Positions 6,579-13,876 of a stretch of DNA of 14,397 nt are shown one piece after another. The stretch is from an uncultured archaeon (GTDB lineage: Archaea; Altiarchaeota; Altiarchaeia; IMC4; SCGC-AAA252-I15), in assembly GCA_964587725.1 (NCBI GenBank), contig CAZPLO010000029.1:1-14397 (forward strand), in the 5' to 3' direction. The position numbers were made by a program, and so were the translations under genes. How positions within the stretch are numbered: position 1 is the stretch's first letter; every line of letters starts with the position of its first letter. The notes beneath the pieces were generated by a model that saw only the letters and a list, made by a program, of their open reading frames with translations, made no database searches and was not told the origin of the DNA.

Positions 6579-7645
6579 TCAGTTAGCGTCATCTGGCCTC
6601 TGTATGCGCTGAGGTTACCTGCGATAACACCCACCCTCCGAACGTCCGCACTGTTTTCTTCGAGGAATTCGTTCAGCAGCTCCTTGGCGTTTTCAGCCAG
6701 CACCTCCCTGCTCTGGGTTTCGGCGGGCAGGGTCCTGCTCCTGCTTTTCGCCATGAGGTCCTCCAATACTACGAATAATGTGACGGTTCTGTATTGTCTG
6801 CCGCCGCCGACCAGCCGCCGGTGGACGTCGGATGCGAGCCCGTCCAATACCGAGCTGATTTCCCCGCAGTCTCTCGTGTCCTTCTTCAGCGACGCTATCC
6901 TCCCGTACTGTTTCTTCTCCCGCTCCACCACCGGTGATTCATCGACTCCCCGGGCGTAGTCGTGGAGCATCCTCCCCCTGGCTTCCCCGAACTCCCCCAG
7001 GAGTTTGTCGAGGCTCAGACGCTGCAGGTCCCTCACAGTGTCGACCCCCATCTCATGCAGTCTGTCGGCGGTCTTCGGCCCCACGCCGGGAAGCCTCCTC
7101 ACGTCTTTGGCCTCCAGAAAGGAGGTGGTGTCATCAGGCCGCACCACTGTCACTCCATCCGGCTTGTTCAACGCCGACGCCATCTTGGCCGTCAGCTTGT
7201 TGGCTCCCGCGCCGACCGAGCAGGTGAGTCTCTCCCGCCGGTATACTGCGTCCTTCACCTGTCGGGCGTATTCTCGGGCGGAGTCGAAATCAATCCTGGA
7301 TGTCACATCCATGTATGCTTCGTCCACGCTCACCTGCTCCAGTACGTCCGCGTAGTCCGCGAGAACCTCCATTATGCCGTCGGAGACCATGGTGTAGTAT
7401 TCTTTCCGCACAGGCAGGAACACCGCGTCGGTGATCTTCTTCTTGGCCTGGAAGCACGGCATCCCGGAGCGCACTCCCAGTTCCCTGGCTCGGTAGTTGC
7501 ATGTCGCCACGGAACCCATGCTGCCTTCCCGCGCCGACACCATGCACACCGCCACCGGCGTGTCTTTGAGTGAGGGGTTATCGCGTTCCTCCACCTGCGC
7601 GTAGAAGTAATCCATGTCCACGTGGAACACCGTCCGCGTCTTCAT
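6572..7645 (-). CDS. dinB: Y-family DNA polymerase IV (DinB/Dpo4/Dbh)
   Basis: HVDMDYFYAQVE, VATCNYRAR..GVRSGM, catalytic SVDEAY, KPDG, HhH LPGVGPKT and a C-terminal little-finger domain. Confidence 0.96.
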   Translation of the reverse strand: MKTRTVFHVDMDYFYAQVEERDNPSLKDTPVAVCMVSAREGSMGSVATCNYRARELGVRSGMPCFQAKKKITDAVFLPVRKEYYTMVSDGIMEVLADYADVLEQVSVDEAYMDVTSRIDFDSAREYARQVKDAVYRRERLTCSVGAGANKLTAKMASALNKPDGVTVVRPDDTTSFLEAKDVRRLPGVGPKTADRLHEMGVDTVRDLQRLSLDKLLGEFGEARGRMLHDYARGVDESPVVEREKKQYGRIASLKKDTRDCGEISSVLDGLASDVHRRLVGGGRQYRTVTLFVVLEDLMAKSRSRTLPAETQSREVLAENAKELLNEFLEENSADVRRVGVIAGNLSAYRGQMTLTDY

Positions 7646-7675
7646 CTTTTATTTATGGGATTTAATATTGGTTTT

Positions 7676-7873
7676 ATGGGGTTTGGGGATAAAAACCTGT
7701 CCGAGCGGGAGGGTCTTATGTGGTCTGCCGGCGGCTTCACAGCCATGATAATGGGTTTGTTCATAATGATAATGTCTCCCATTGGGGTGGTTGTGGCGGC
7801 GGTGGGTTTGGCGGCGGTCGCAGCGGGCCTGTATCGTTGGAGCCCCATCAAGGCCTTGGGTGGTAGCATATGA
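7676..7873 (+). CDS. Small membrane protein (2 TM)
   Basis: Hydrophobic hairpin. The stop overlaps the flavodoxin start (ATGA at 7870-7873). ATG 7676 follows the AT-rich TTTATTTAT; ATG 7655 is an alternative start. Confidence 0.55.
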   Translation: MGFGDKNLSEREGLMWSAGGFTAMIMGLFIMIMSPIGVVVAAVGLAAVAAGLYRWSPIKALGGSI

Positions 7874-8283
7874 AGACCGCCGTAATCTATTTCTCACTCA
7901 CCGGCAACACGGGAAGACTGGCTGAGATGCTGGACGTCGGCGACACCGACTTGATACGTCTGAAGAGGCGTCACGGACTGTTATCCCTGCTGGGGTTGGG
8001 TTCCGCTCCGAAGGTCGACAGCATAGGCTATGACCTCTTCATAGCGGGGTGTCCGGTGTGGGGGGAGGCTCCGGCGCCGCCGCTTATGAAGGTGTTGAAG
8101 AAGATGGATTTCGGCGGCAAGCAGGTTAACGCGTACGTGACATACGGCGTCAGGGCCGGCAAGTCTTTGGACAGGATAATGGAGGAGGTGGAGCGTAGGA
8201 ACGGGATGCCCGGCAGGCGGATGGCGTTCAACATGAGCAAGGAAATATCCGAGGATGAGGTTCGGAAGCTCCTTTCATTCTGA
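7870..8283 (+). CDS. Flavodoxin-like protein
   Basis: FMN phosphate-binding loop IYFSLTGNT..LA and YDLFIAGCPVWG. Confidence 0.85.
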   Translation: MKTAVIYFSLTGNTGRLAEMLDVGDTDLIRLKRRHGLLSLLGLGSAPKVDSIGYDLFIAGCPVWGEAPAPPLMKVLKKMDFGGKQVNAYVTYGVRAGKSLDRIMEEVERRNGMPGRRMAFNMSKEISEDEVRKLLSF

Positions 8284-8285
8284 AG

Positions 8286-9026
8286 ATGGCGTTGGAATAC
8301 GAAATAGTGGGGGATGACATGCAGGCGGTCGTATTCCGTCTGCGGAAGGGTGAACGCCTCCGCGCGGAAGCGGGGGCGTTGATGTACATGGACTCCGGCG
8401 TTAAGATGGAGACGTCCACCGGCGGAGGCATCGTGAAGGGTTTGAAGCGGATGGTGTCGGGGGAAAGCTTCTTCGTCCCCCACTTCGAATGCGTCGGCCC
8501 TTCCGGCGAACTGGGGTTCAGCGGCCCGTTCCCCGGCAAAATCATCCCACTGGAGATATCGCGGGGGAGGAAGATGCTGTGTCAGAAGGACAGCTACCTC
8601 TGCTCCACAGAAGGTGTGGAGGTGAGCATAGGATTCACCAAAAAACTGGGGGCGGGTTTCTTCGGCGGCGAAGGATTCATACTCCAGCTTCTTGAAGGCG
8701 GCGGGGAGGTGTTCGTACACGCCGGCGGCAGCGTGATTGAGCGCACCCTGGGTGACGGTGAGGAGTTGCGGGTGGACACCGGCTGCCTGGTGGCGTTCGA
8801 CGAGTCCGTCGACTATGACATCAAGTTCGTGGGTGGCGTGAAGAACGCGTTCTTCGGCGGCGAGGGCCTGTTTTTCGCGAAGATGCGGGGGCCCGGCAGG
8901 GTGTTCATGCAGACTATCCCGTTCAGCCGGCTGGCGGACCGGGTTATTTCGGCCAGCAGACTGGGTGCGGGCAGGGGTGAGGTCGGCGGCATACGCGGCG
9001 CATTCGGCGGGGACCGGGGATTCTAG
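8286..9026 (+). CDS. TIGR00266 / AIM24 family protein
   Basis: YEIVGDDMQ, AEAGALMYM, GESFF, FFGGEGFILQ, VDTGCLVAF, GGEGLF and GPGRVFMQT, with the family's three-fold internal repeat. Confidence 0.92.
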   Translation: MALEYEIVGDDMQAVVFRLRKGERLRAEAGALMYMDSGVKMETSTGGGIVKGLKRMVSGESFFVPHFECVGPSGELGFSGPFPGKIIPLEISRGRKMLCQKDSYLCSTEGVEVSIGFTKKLGAGFFGGEGFILQLLEGGGEVFVHAGGSVIERTLGDGEELRVDTGCLVAFDESVDYDIKFVGGVKNAFFGGEGLFFAKMRGPGRVFMQTIPFSRLADRVISASRLGAGRGEVGGIRGAFGGDRGF

Positions 9027-9955
9027 TCCCAGAACGCCAGCAGGTCGAATATGTTGGCCAGAAGTTCGAATGCGAGTTCCAGAGGGCTCTTGTAGATTAG
9101 TTTGTCTAATAGGCCGGGTTCCGGCTCCAGCGTCGTGGTCGTTGAGGTGGTGGTTGAAGTCGACGTGGTGGTGGTCATCCGCGTGGTGGTCGTAACCCGC
9201 ATGGTTGTGGTTGTTGTTCTGACGGTGGATGTGGTTGTCCGTATCGTCGTCGACGTTGTGGGGGTGGTAGACGTCGACACTGGCACGCACACTCGTCCGC
9301 CGGCATCCAAATATGCTTGGTCGCAGTATGTGGTTAGGCCGCACACGTCTTCGGGTTCGCTTTCCCGGTCCGTGTCCCCGTCTTCGCACACGTTGTCTAC
9401 GCAGTCGTATGTTGTAATGTACGTGTACACGTCTCCCCGGTAGCACCGGTACTCTACTTCCTCGCAGTCGTCGTCGTCTTCGCAGTAGTCCTCCTCGTCC
9501 ACGCACCTTCTCCTGCCGTCCACGCATTCCTCGTCGCCGCCGCAGTTGTCTTCAAGCTCTTCGACAGTCTCGTTTTCGACGCATGTGTGGTTGACGCAGT
9601 TGTACACGGTCCTTATCTCCCACACCTCCCATTCGTCGTCGTCCTCCCTGCACTCGTAGTCTACTTCGTCCCCGCAGTCGCTGTCGGAAACGCACTCCGG
9701 CGTAGTGGACGAGCTTGTTGTAGAGGAACTGCTTGAAGACGATTCGGTGCTGCTTGAGGTGGGTGAAGAGGAAGATGATGACGTCGTTGACGAACTGGTG
9801 GAGCTGGATGTCGTGCTGCTTGATGATGAAGTACTTGTTTCTTGAGTGCTGGTTGTGGATGTGGAACTCGGGGTTGATGTAGGGTTGGTTTGTGCGTCTG
9901 CTGCCGTGAACAGTATTACTATAACCAGCAGAATCAGCAGACTCTCACCCTTCAT
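9023..9955 (-). CDS. Secreted Ser/Thr-rich protein with two acidic 8-Cys modules and an amphipathic C-terminus
   Basis: Signal peptide (...TAADA|Q), a Ser/Thr stalk, two CxxDxDC-initiated repeats, a Thr stalk, and the C-terminal GLLDKLIYKSPLELAFELLANIFDLLAFWD. Confidence 0.8.
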   Translation of the reverse strand: MKGESLLILLVIVILFTAADAQTNPTSTPSSTSTTSTQETSTSSSSSTTSSSTSSSTTSSSSSSPTSSSTESSSSSSSTTSSSTTPECVSDSDCGDEVDYECREDDDEWEVWEIRTVYNCVNHTCVENETVEELEDNCGGDEECVDGRRRCVDEEDYCEDDDDCEEVEYRCYRGDVYTYITTYDCVDNVCEDGDTDRESEPEDVCGLTTYCDQAYLDAGGRVCVPVSTSTTPTTSTTIRTTTSTVRTTTTTMRVTTTTRMTTTTSTSTTTSTTTTLEPEPGLLDKLIYKSPLELAFELLANIFDLLAFWD

Positions 9956-10021
9956 CCTTCAGTTATTCGCGTATGTCGATTTAAAACCGTGTTTTTTATA
10001 TTATTTAAAGTTTCTTTTAAA

Positions 10022-10663
10022 CTATTTTGGTTTTTTCACGTCTTTTTTGGGGCAGAGTTTGTTTACGGGGCATTCCCCGCACAGGGGCTTGCGGGCCTGG
10101 CATGTCCTGCGGCCGTGTTCCACGAACACCCTGTTTATCACACCCCACTTCTCCCGCGGATACAGTCCCATCAAATCCCGTTCAATCTTCACGGGGTCCT
10201 TCTCGCCGGTCAAACCCATCCGGTACGACAGCCTTTTCACGTGGGTGTCCACGGCGATGCCCTCCACCCTGCCGAATCCAGCGTACAACACGATGTTTGC
10301 GGTCTTCCTCGCCACACCCGGCAGCCGAATCAATTCCCCCATGGAATCCGGCACTTCGCCGCCGAACTCGTCCACAATCATCCTCGCAGCAGCCCGGATG
10401 TTTTTAGCCTTGTTCCGGTAGAACCCGGTGCTTTTGATGTCCTCCTCCAGCCCCCGCAGATCCGCGTTCGAGAAATCCTCAGCGGATTCGTATTTTTGGA
10501 ACAGGTCCTCTGTCACAATGTTCACGCGTTTGTCGGTGCACTGCGCAGCCAATATGGTCGCGACCAGAATCTGCAGCGGATTCCTGAAGTTCAACGCCGT
10601 CCTGGGGGCCCTGGAGTACTCCTCCTTAAGCACATCCAGAATCTTCAGCGCGCGGTCGGACAT
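10022..10663 (-). CDS. nth: Endonuclease III (HhH-GPD DNA glycosylase, 4Fe-4S)
   Basis: LVATILAAQCTD, HhH LPGVARKTAN, VDTHV, and Fe-S motif C-x6-C-x2-C-x5-C (CQARKPLCGECPVNKLC). Confidence 0.97.
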   Translation of the reverse strand: MSDRALKILDVLKEEYSRAPRTALNFRNPLQILVATILAAQCTDKRVNIVTEDLFQKYESAEDFSNADLRGLEEDIKSTGFYRNKAKNIRAAARMIVDEFGGEVPDSMGELIRLPGVARKTANIVLYAGFGRVEGIAVDTHVKRLSYRMGLTGEKDPVKIERDLMGLYPREKWGVINRVFVEHGRRTCQARKPLCGECPVNKLCPKKDVKKPK

Positions 10664-10686
10664 GGTAAAGTAAACGCCTTAGCGGA

Positions 10687-10707
10687 ATAAAAGAAAACAC
10701 AGAAGAA
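10687..10707 (-). terminator. U-rich tract ending the putative ncRNA (may double as the nth TATA region)
   Basis: Minus strand TTCTTCTGTGTTTTCTTTTAT immediately after the closing stem. Oligo-U tracts are the usual archaeal termination signal. Confidence 0.45.
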
Positions 10708-10907
10708 GGGTGCTATAGGGTCAGGCAGGGTTTTTACACCCACCTTCCGGAGGAAGATATTCCCTGAAACACCATCTAGCGTAAGCTTGACGGTTTTTTA
10801 GACACCACATCACTCCTGAGAGCATCCAACCGGAGTTGGACAGACAGCCTCCTACAAGGCTGCGCATGGGATGTCTACCAGGTGAATCACCTGATTGCCC
10901 CGCACTA
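10708..10907 (-). ncRNA. Putative highly structured non-coding RNA (or long structured leader of nth), family unknown
   Basis: Seven or more helices within ~200 nt. G-U wobbles (A-C mismatches on the + strand) and a cUCCGg tetraloop point to the minus strand. It is flanked by BRE/TATA upstream and a U-tract downstream, and there is no credible CDS. Confidence 0.65.
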
Positions 10908-10931
10908 TTGGGATATCGTATATGAACACTA

Positions 10932-10948
10932 CTATAAAAGCTTTTCGG
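10932..10948 (-). promoter_or_regulatory. Archaeal BRE-TATA promoter
   Basis: Minus strand CCGAAAAGC-TTTTATAG, close to consensus BRE (cRNAANt) plus TATA (TTTAWA). Predicts a start near 10907-10910. Confidence 0.75.
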
Positions 10949-10949
10949 T

Positions 10950-10967
10950 TTGAACATTATTGTTCAA
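10950..10967. promoter_or_regulatory. Palindromic putative transcription-factor site TTGAACA-N4-TGTTCAA
   Basis: Perfect 7-bp inverted repeat directly upstream of the BRE, overlapping the JAMM stop codon. An extra TGAACA half-site is at 10923-10928. Confidence 0.5.
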
Positions 10968-11332
10968 TCTATTATCTCAAGGCCGAGGCGTTCGCCGTCC
11001 CGGCTGTAGCATGCGATGTCTTCCGCTCCACGGTATGGGTGGCGTATGATGAAGTGTGTGTCGCCCGTCTTGCTGAAGTAGCGGAGGTCCGTGGAAGACG
11101 GGCTGTTGTTCGACGACGGGTGGCTGTGGACGCTCCCTATGATGGAGCGGTCTAGGGGGACATGCATCCACCTGACCTGCGCGAAGCCGCCGCCGTATAT
11201 GCTCGCCGGCACGACGATGACCTCATCCACAGTATCCCTCACTCCGCGCAGCAGGCCCACGAACTCACGGGGATGCAGTTCCCTCGCCACACCCAGCATG
11301 AACTCCAACGCAGCCCTCCTCAAATAGACCAT
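10964..11332 (-). CDS. JAMM/MPN+ (Mov34) metalloprotease
   Basis: Catalytic Glu in PREFVGLL and JAMM motif HSHPSSNNSPSSTD (H-x-H-x7-S-x2-D). Single-domain archaeal size. Confidence 0.92.
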   Translation of the reverse strand: MVYLRRAALEFMLGVARELHPREFVGLLRGVRDTVDEVIVVPASIYGGGFAQVRWMHVPLDRSIIGSVHSHPSSNNSPSSTDLRYFSKTGDTHFIIRHPYRGAEDIACYSRDGERLGLEIID

Positions 11333-11378
11333 ACATATTAATCTGTCCCGGCATTAATTAACAGGAGGTGTCTGAAGG

Positions 11379-11786
11379 TTGAAGGCTCCGATCGGGCGCA
11401 GGATAACCGCCTACCTGATAGATTTGGCGGTTTCTATCGCCGTGGCAGCGGTTCCCGTACTCCCCGGAGCGTTCATATACCTCAGTTTCGGCGGGAGCCT
11501 GGCGTTCATGGCCGCTGCAGCACTGGTTCTCACGGGGTTGATAGCTTATGTGGCTTACTGGCTGGTCCGTGACGCGTTGAACGGCGGCATGGGGGTCGGC
11601 AAAAAGTATGTGGGCCTCCGGGTGGTGAAGGGCGACGGAAGCAGATGCGACATGATGTCTTCGTTGATGCGGAATGTGACATTCTTCATACCGATTCTAA
11701 GGTGGTTTGAGCTGATACTGCCGTTCACCGACCGCGAAGGATACAGGGTCGGCGACATACTAGCAGGCACCCAGGTGGTGGAGTAA
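11379..11786 (+). CDS. RDD family membrane protein
   Basis: RRITAYLID, GKKYVGLRVV and RVGDILAGTQVV. A strong SD (AGGAGGTG) precedes the TTG start. Confidence 0.92.
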   Translation: MKAPIGRRITAYLIDLAVSIAVAAVPVLPGAFIYLSFGGSLAFMAAAALVLTGLIAYVAYWLVRDALNGGMGVGKKYVGLRVVKGDGSRCDMMSSLMRNVTFFIPILRWFELILPFTDREGYRVGDILAGTQVVE

Positions 11787-11787
11787 T

Positions 11788-12465
11788 TCAATCAAGAAGC
11801 TCCAGCAGGTCGCTGAGCCTTGAGATTATGTAGTCAGGTTCCTCACCCTCGTCCACGGGCTCACGCAGCCTGCCGTCCGCGGCGAGCTGGACCGCCGTCA
11901 TGCCCGCGGCCTTGGCTCCGCGGACGTCCCTGTCCAGTCTATCCCCCACCATCATGCATTCGCCGGGCTTCACCTTCAATGCGGCGGCCGCATTCCGGAA
12001 CGACTTGGGGTTCGGCTTCTGGGCGCTCTCCTCATCGGTCACGGTCACGGCGTGGAAGAAGTCGCTTAAACCGAGCCTGATGAGCTTCTCCCACTGCTTC
12101 ACAGGCACCCCGTCCGTCACCACGCCAATCCTGTATCCCCTGTCCCGTATCTCAAGCAGCGTCGGCACCGTGTCCGGGTACGGCACCAGATACGCTGTTT
12201 TAGCGTCATGGTATGCTGCGACCCCCGCCGCAATCGCCTTCGGATCCGGCTTCAACCCCAACCGGGCCATCATGTCGTCGTAGTGGCGGCCGTAGTTGGG
12301 GCCTCTCTCGGACACCACATCCGCGAGGGCGGCGGCAGCCTCCTCGTAGTCTGCCTCCAGTCCGGCGGCGATCATAGCCTTCACCGCGTTCTCCCTCGCC
12401 AACGCAACCTGTCTGCCGGTGTCATAGAGTGTGTTGTCCAGGTCGAACAGTACCGCCCTCAGCAT
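11788..12465 (-). CDS. HAD-superfamily hydrolase (TIGR02253-like)
   Basis: Motif I FDLDNTLYD, motif II VVTDG..KQWEKL, KP and motif IV MVGDRLDRDVRGA. Confidence 0.92.
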   Translation of the reverse strand: MLRAVLFDLDNTLYDTGRQVALARENAVKAMIAAGLEADYEEAAAALADVVSERGPNYGRHYDDMMARLGLKPDPKAIAAGVAAYHDAKTAYLVPYPDTVPTLLEIRDRGYRIGVVTDGVPVKQWEKLIRLGLSDFFHAVTVTDEESAQKPNPKSFRNAAAALKVKPGECMMVGDRLDRDVRGAKAAGMTAVQLAADGRLREPVDEGEEPDYIISRLSDLLELLD

Positions 12466-12500
12466 GGTATTAATTAATTAGGTGGTTAATATTAGTGACG

Positions 12501-13838
12501 ATGGAGTATGAGAGCACCAACCGGAAGGCCCCGAACGTATCATTCAGGGAGGCGTTGATTAGGGGGCAGGCCCCCGACATGGGACTCTACTTCCCGGTTG
12601 AAATACCCCGGTTCAGCGAGGGCGAGCTGGATTCCTACCGGGATATGGAATACCATGAGATAGCGCACTCCATAGCGTTGAAGTATGTGGGAGAAGACGT
12701 ACCCCCAAAGGTGGTGGCGGGCATTGCCCGCGACGCATACGACTTCGACGTCCCCCTTGAGGAGGCGTACGACAGAGTATACGTTATGCGGCTGGACCGC
12801 GGGCCCACCGCATCGTTCAAGGATTTCGCGGCGAGGATGATGGCCCGCCTCATGAACCATCTCATGGAGGCGGAGGGCAGCGAATTACTCATACTCACCG
12901 CAACATCCGGTGACACCGGCAGCGCCGTCGCCAACGCATTCCATGGCCTCGACAGCATACGGGTGGTGGTGCTGTTCCCCGAAAACGAGGTCACCGCCCG
13001 CCAGAGAAAACAGATGACCACGTTAGGGGGCAATGTAACGTCGATTGCGGTGGACGGGAAGTTCGACGACTGCCAGGCGCTGGTGAAAAAGGCGTTCGCC
13101 GACCCGGCGATGCAGAACCTTCATCTGAGTTCAGCCAACAGCATAAACTTCGGCAGACTCATGCCCCAGAGCATATACTATGTGTACGCGTACACCCGTC
13201 TTGCTGAGGAAGGCGAAAAAATCACGTTCAGCGTGCCGTCCGGTAACTTCGGCGACCTCATGGGCGGGCTGCTCGCCAAGTACATGGGGTTGCCGGTGGA
13301 CCGTTTCATCGTCGCAACCAACGAAAACGACGAGTTCCCACGCTACATGGAGTCCGGAGAGTACAAGCCGCTGAAGCCTTCCAAGGCATGTGCGAGCAAT
13401 GCCATGAACGTCGGCCACCCCAGTAACCTGGCGAGGCTCTTCCACCTATACGGCGGTTGGATGGACGAGAAAGGCGTGGTCAGGGAGCACCCGGACCTTG
13501 AGAGGATGAGGGCGGAGCTCTGGAGTGAAAGCGTCTCCGACCCAGAGACCCGGGAGTCTATAAAACACGCCCACCAGCGATATGGTGTTCTCCTGGAGCC
13601 CCACGGCGCAGTCGGATGGAAGGCGCTCATGGACTACCTTGACTCCAACGATGCGGCGGTTTCGGTTTCCCTGGAGACCGCGGAACCCGCAAAGTTCCCG
13701 GAGGAAATAAAGAAGGTTCTTGGGGTGGAGCCGGAGATGCCGGATTCCCTGAAGGGATTAGATGTGCTGGAGGAGCAGGTGGCGTCGCTGCCGTCGGACT
13801 ACGGCGCACTGCGCGACTACCTGAAGTCAATGGACTGA
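12501..13838 (+). CDS. thrC: Threonine synthase (class II, PLP-dependent)
   Basis: YESTN N-terminal domain, G.APD.GLY.P, GPTASFKDF (PLP Lys), ATSGDTG, FDDCQ, SANSINFGRL, VPSGNFG, EPHGAV and TA.PAKF. Start is ATG 12501 or GTG 12495. Confidence 0.96.
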   Translation: MEYESTNRKAPNVSFREALIRGQAPDMGLYFPVEIPRFSEGELDSYRDMEYHEIAHSIALKYVGEDVPPKVVAGIARDAYDFDVPLEEAYDRVYVMRLDRGPTASFKDFAARMMARLMNHLMEAEGSELLILTATSGDTGSAVANAFHGLDSIRVVVLFPENEVTARQRKQMTTLGGNVTSIAVDGKFDDCQALVKKAFADPAMQNLHLSSANSINFGRLMPQSIYYVYAYTRLAEEGEKITFSVPSGNFGDLMGGLLAKYMGLPVDRFIVATNENDEFPRYMESGEYKPLKPSKACASNAMNVGHPSNLARLFHLYGGWMDEKGVVREHPDLERMRAELWSESVSDPETRESIKHAHQRYGVLLEPHGAVGWKALMDYLDSNDAAVSVSLETAEPAKFPEEIKKVLGVEPEMPDSLKGLDVLEEQVASLPSDYGALRDYLKSMD

Positions 13839-13876
13839 ACATTATTTATTCACAGAATCCCTTCTTTTTTCCCACC

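Noticed and set aside
4678-9443. Poly-Val + strand ORFs (4678..4872 and 9102..9443)
   Set aside because: They are antisense readings of Thr codon tracts.
8028-9527. 499-aa minus-strand ORF
   Set aside because: Shadow frame overlapping three well-supported genes, with Arg/His-rich low-complexity translation typical of GC-rich off-frames.
6572-10663. dinB and nth as a DNA-repair island
   Set aside because: They are separated by unrelated genes on both strands, and I saw no shared upstream motif.
10708-10918. Identification of the structured RNA as SRP RNA, RNase P RNA, tRNA-Sec, or a TPP or cobalamin riboswitch
   Set aside because: CCGGAAGG lacks the flanking CAGG/AGCA of SRP helix 8. The + strand GAGGAAGATATTCCC only loosely resembles RNase P CR-I, with no ACAnAA CR-V, and wobble pairs favour the minus strand. 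There is no anticodon or T loop, and the riboswitch cores are incomplete.
10721-10957. 78-aa minus-strand ORF over the structured region
   Set aside because: Its ATG lies upstream of the BRE/TATA, there is no SD, the composition is not protein-like, and dense base-pairing explains the sequence better.
11788-12465. HAD enzyme as a ThrH-like homoserine phosphotransferase partnering thrC
   Set aside because: Its motifs fit the widespread archaeal TIGR02253-like HAD group, not ThrH. Divergent adjacency alone is insufficient.
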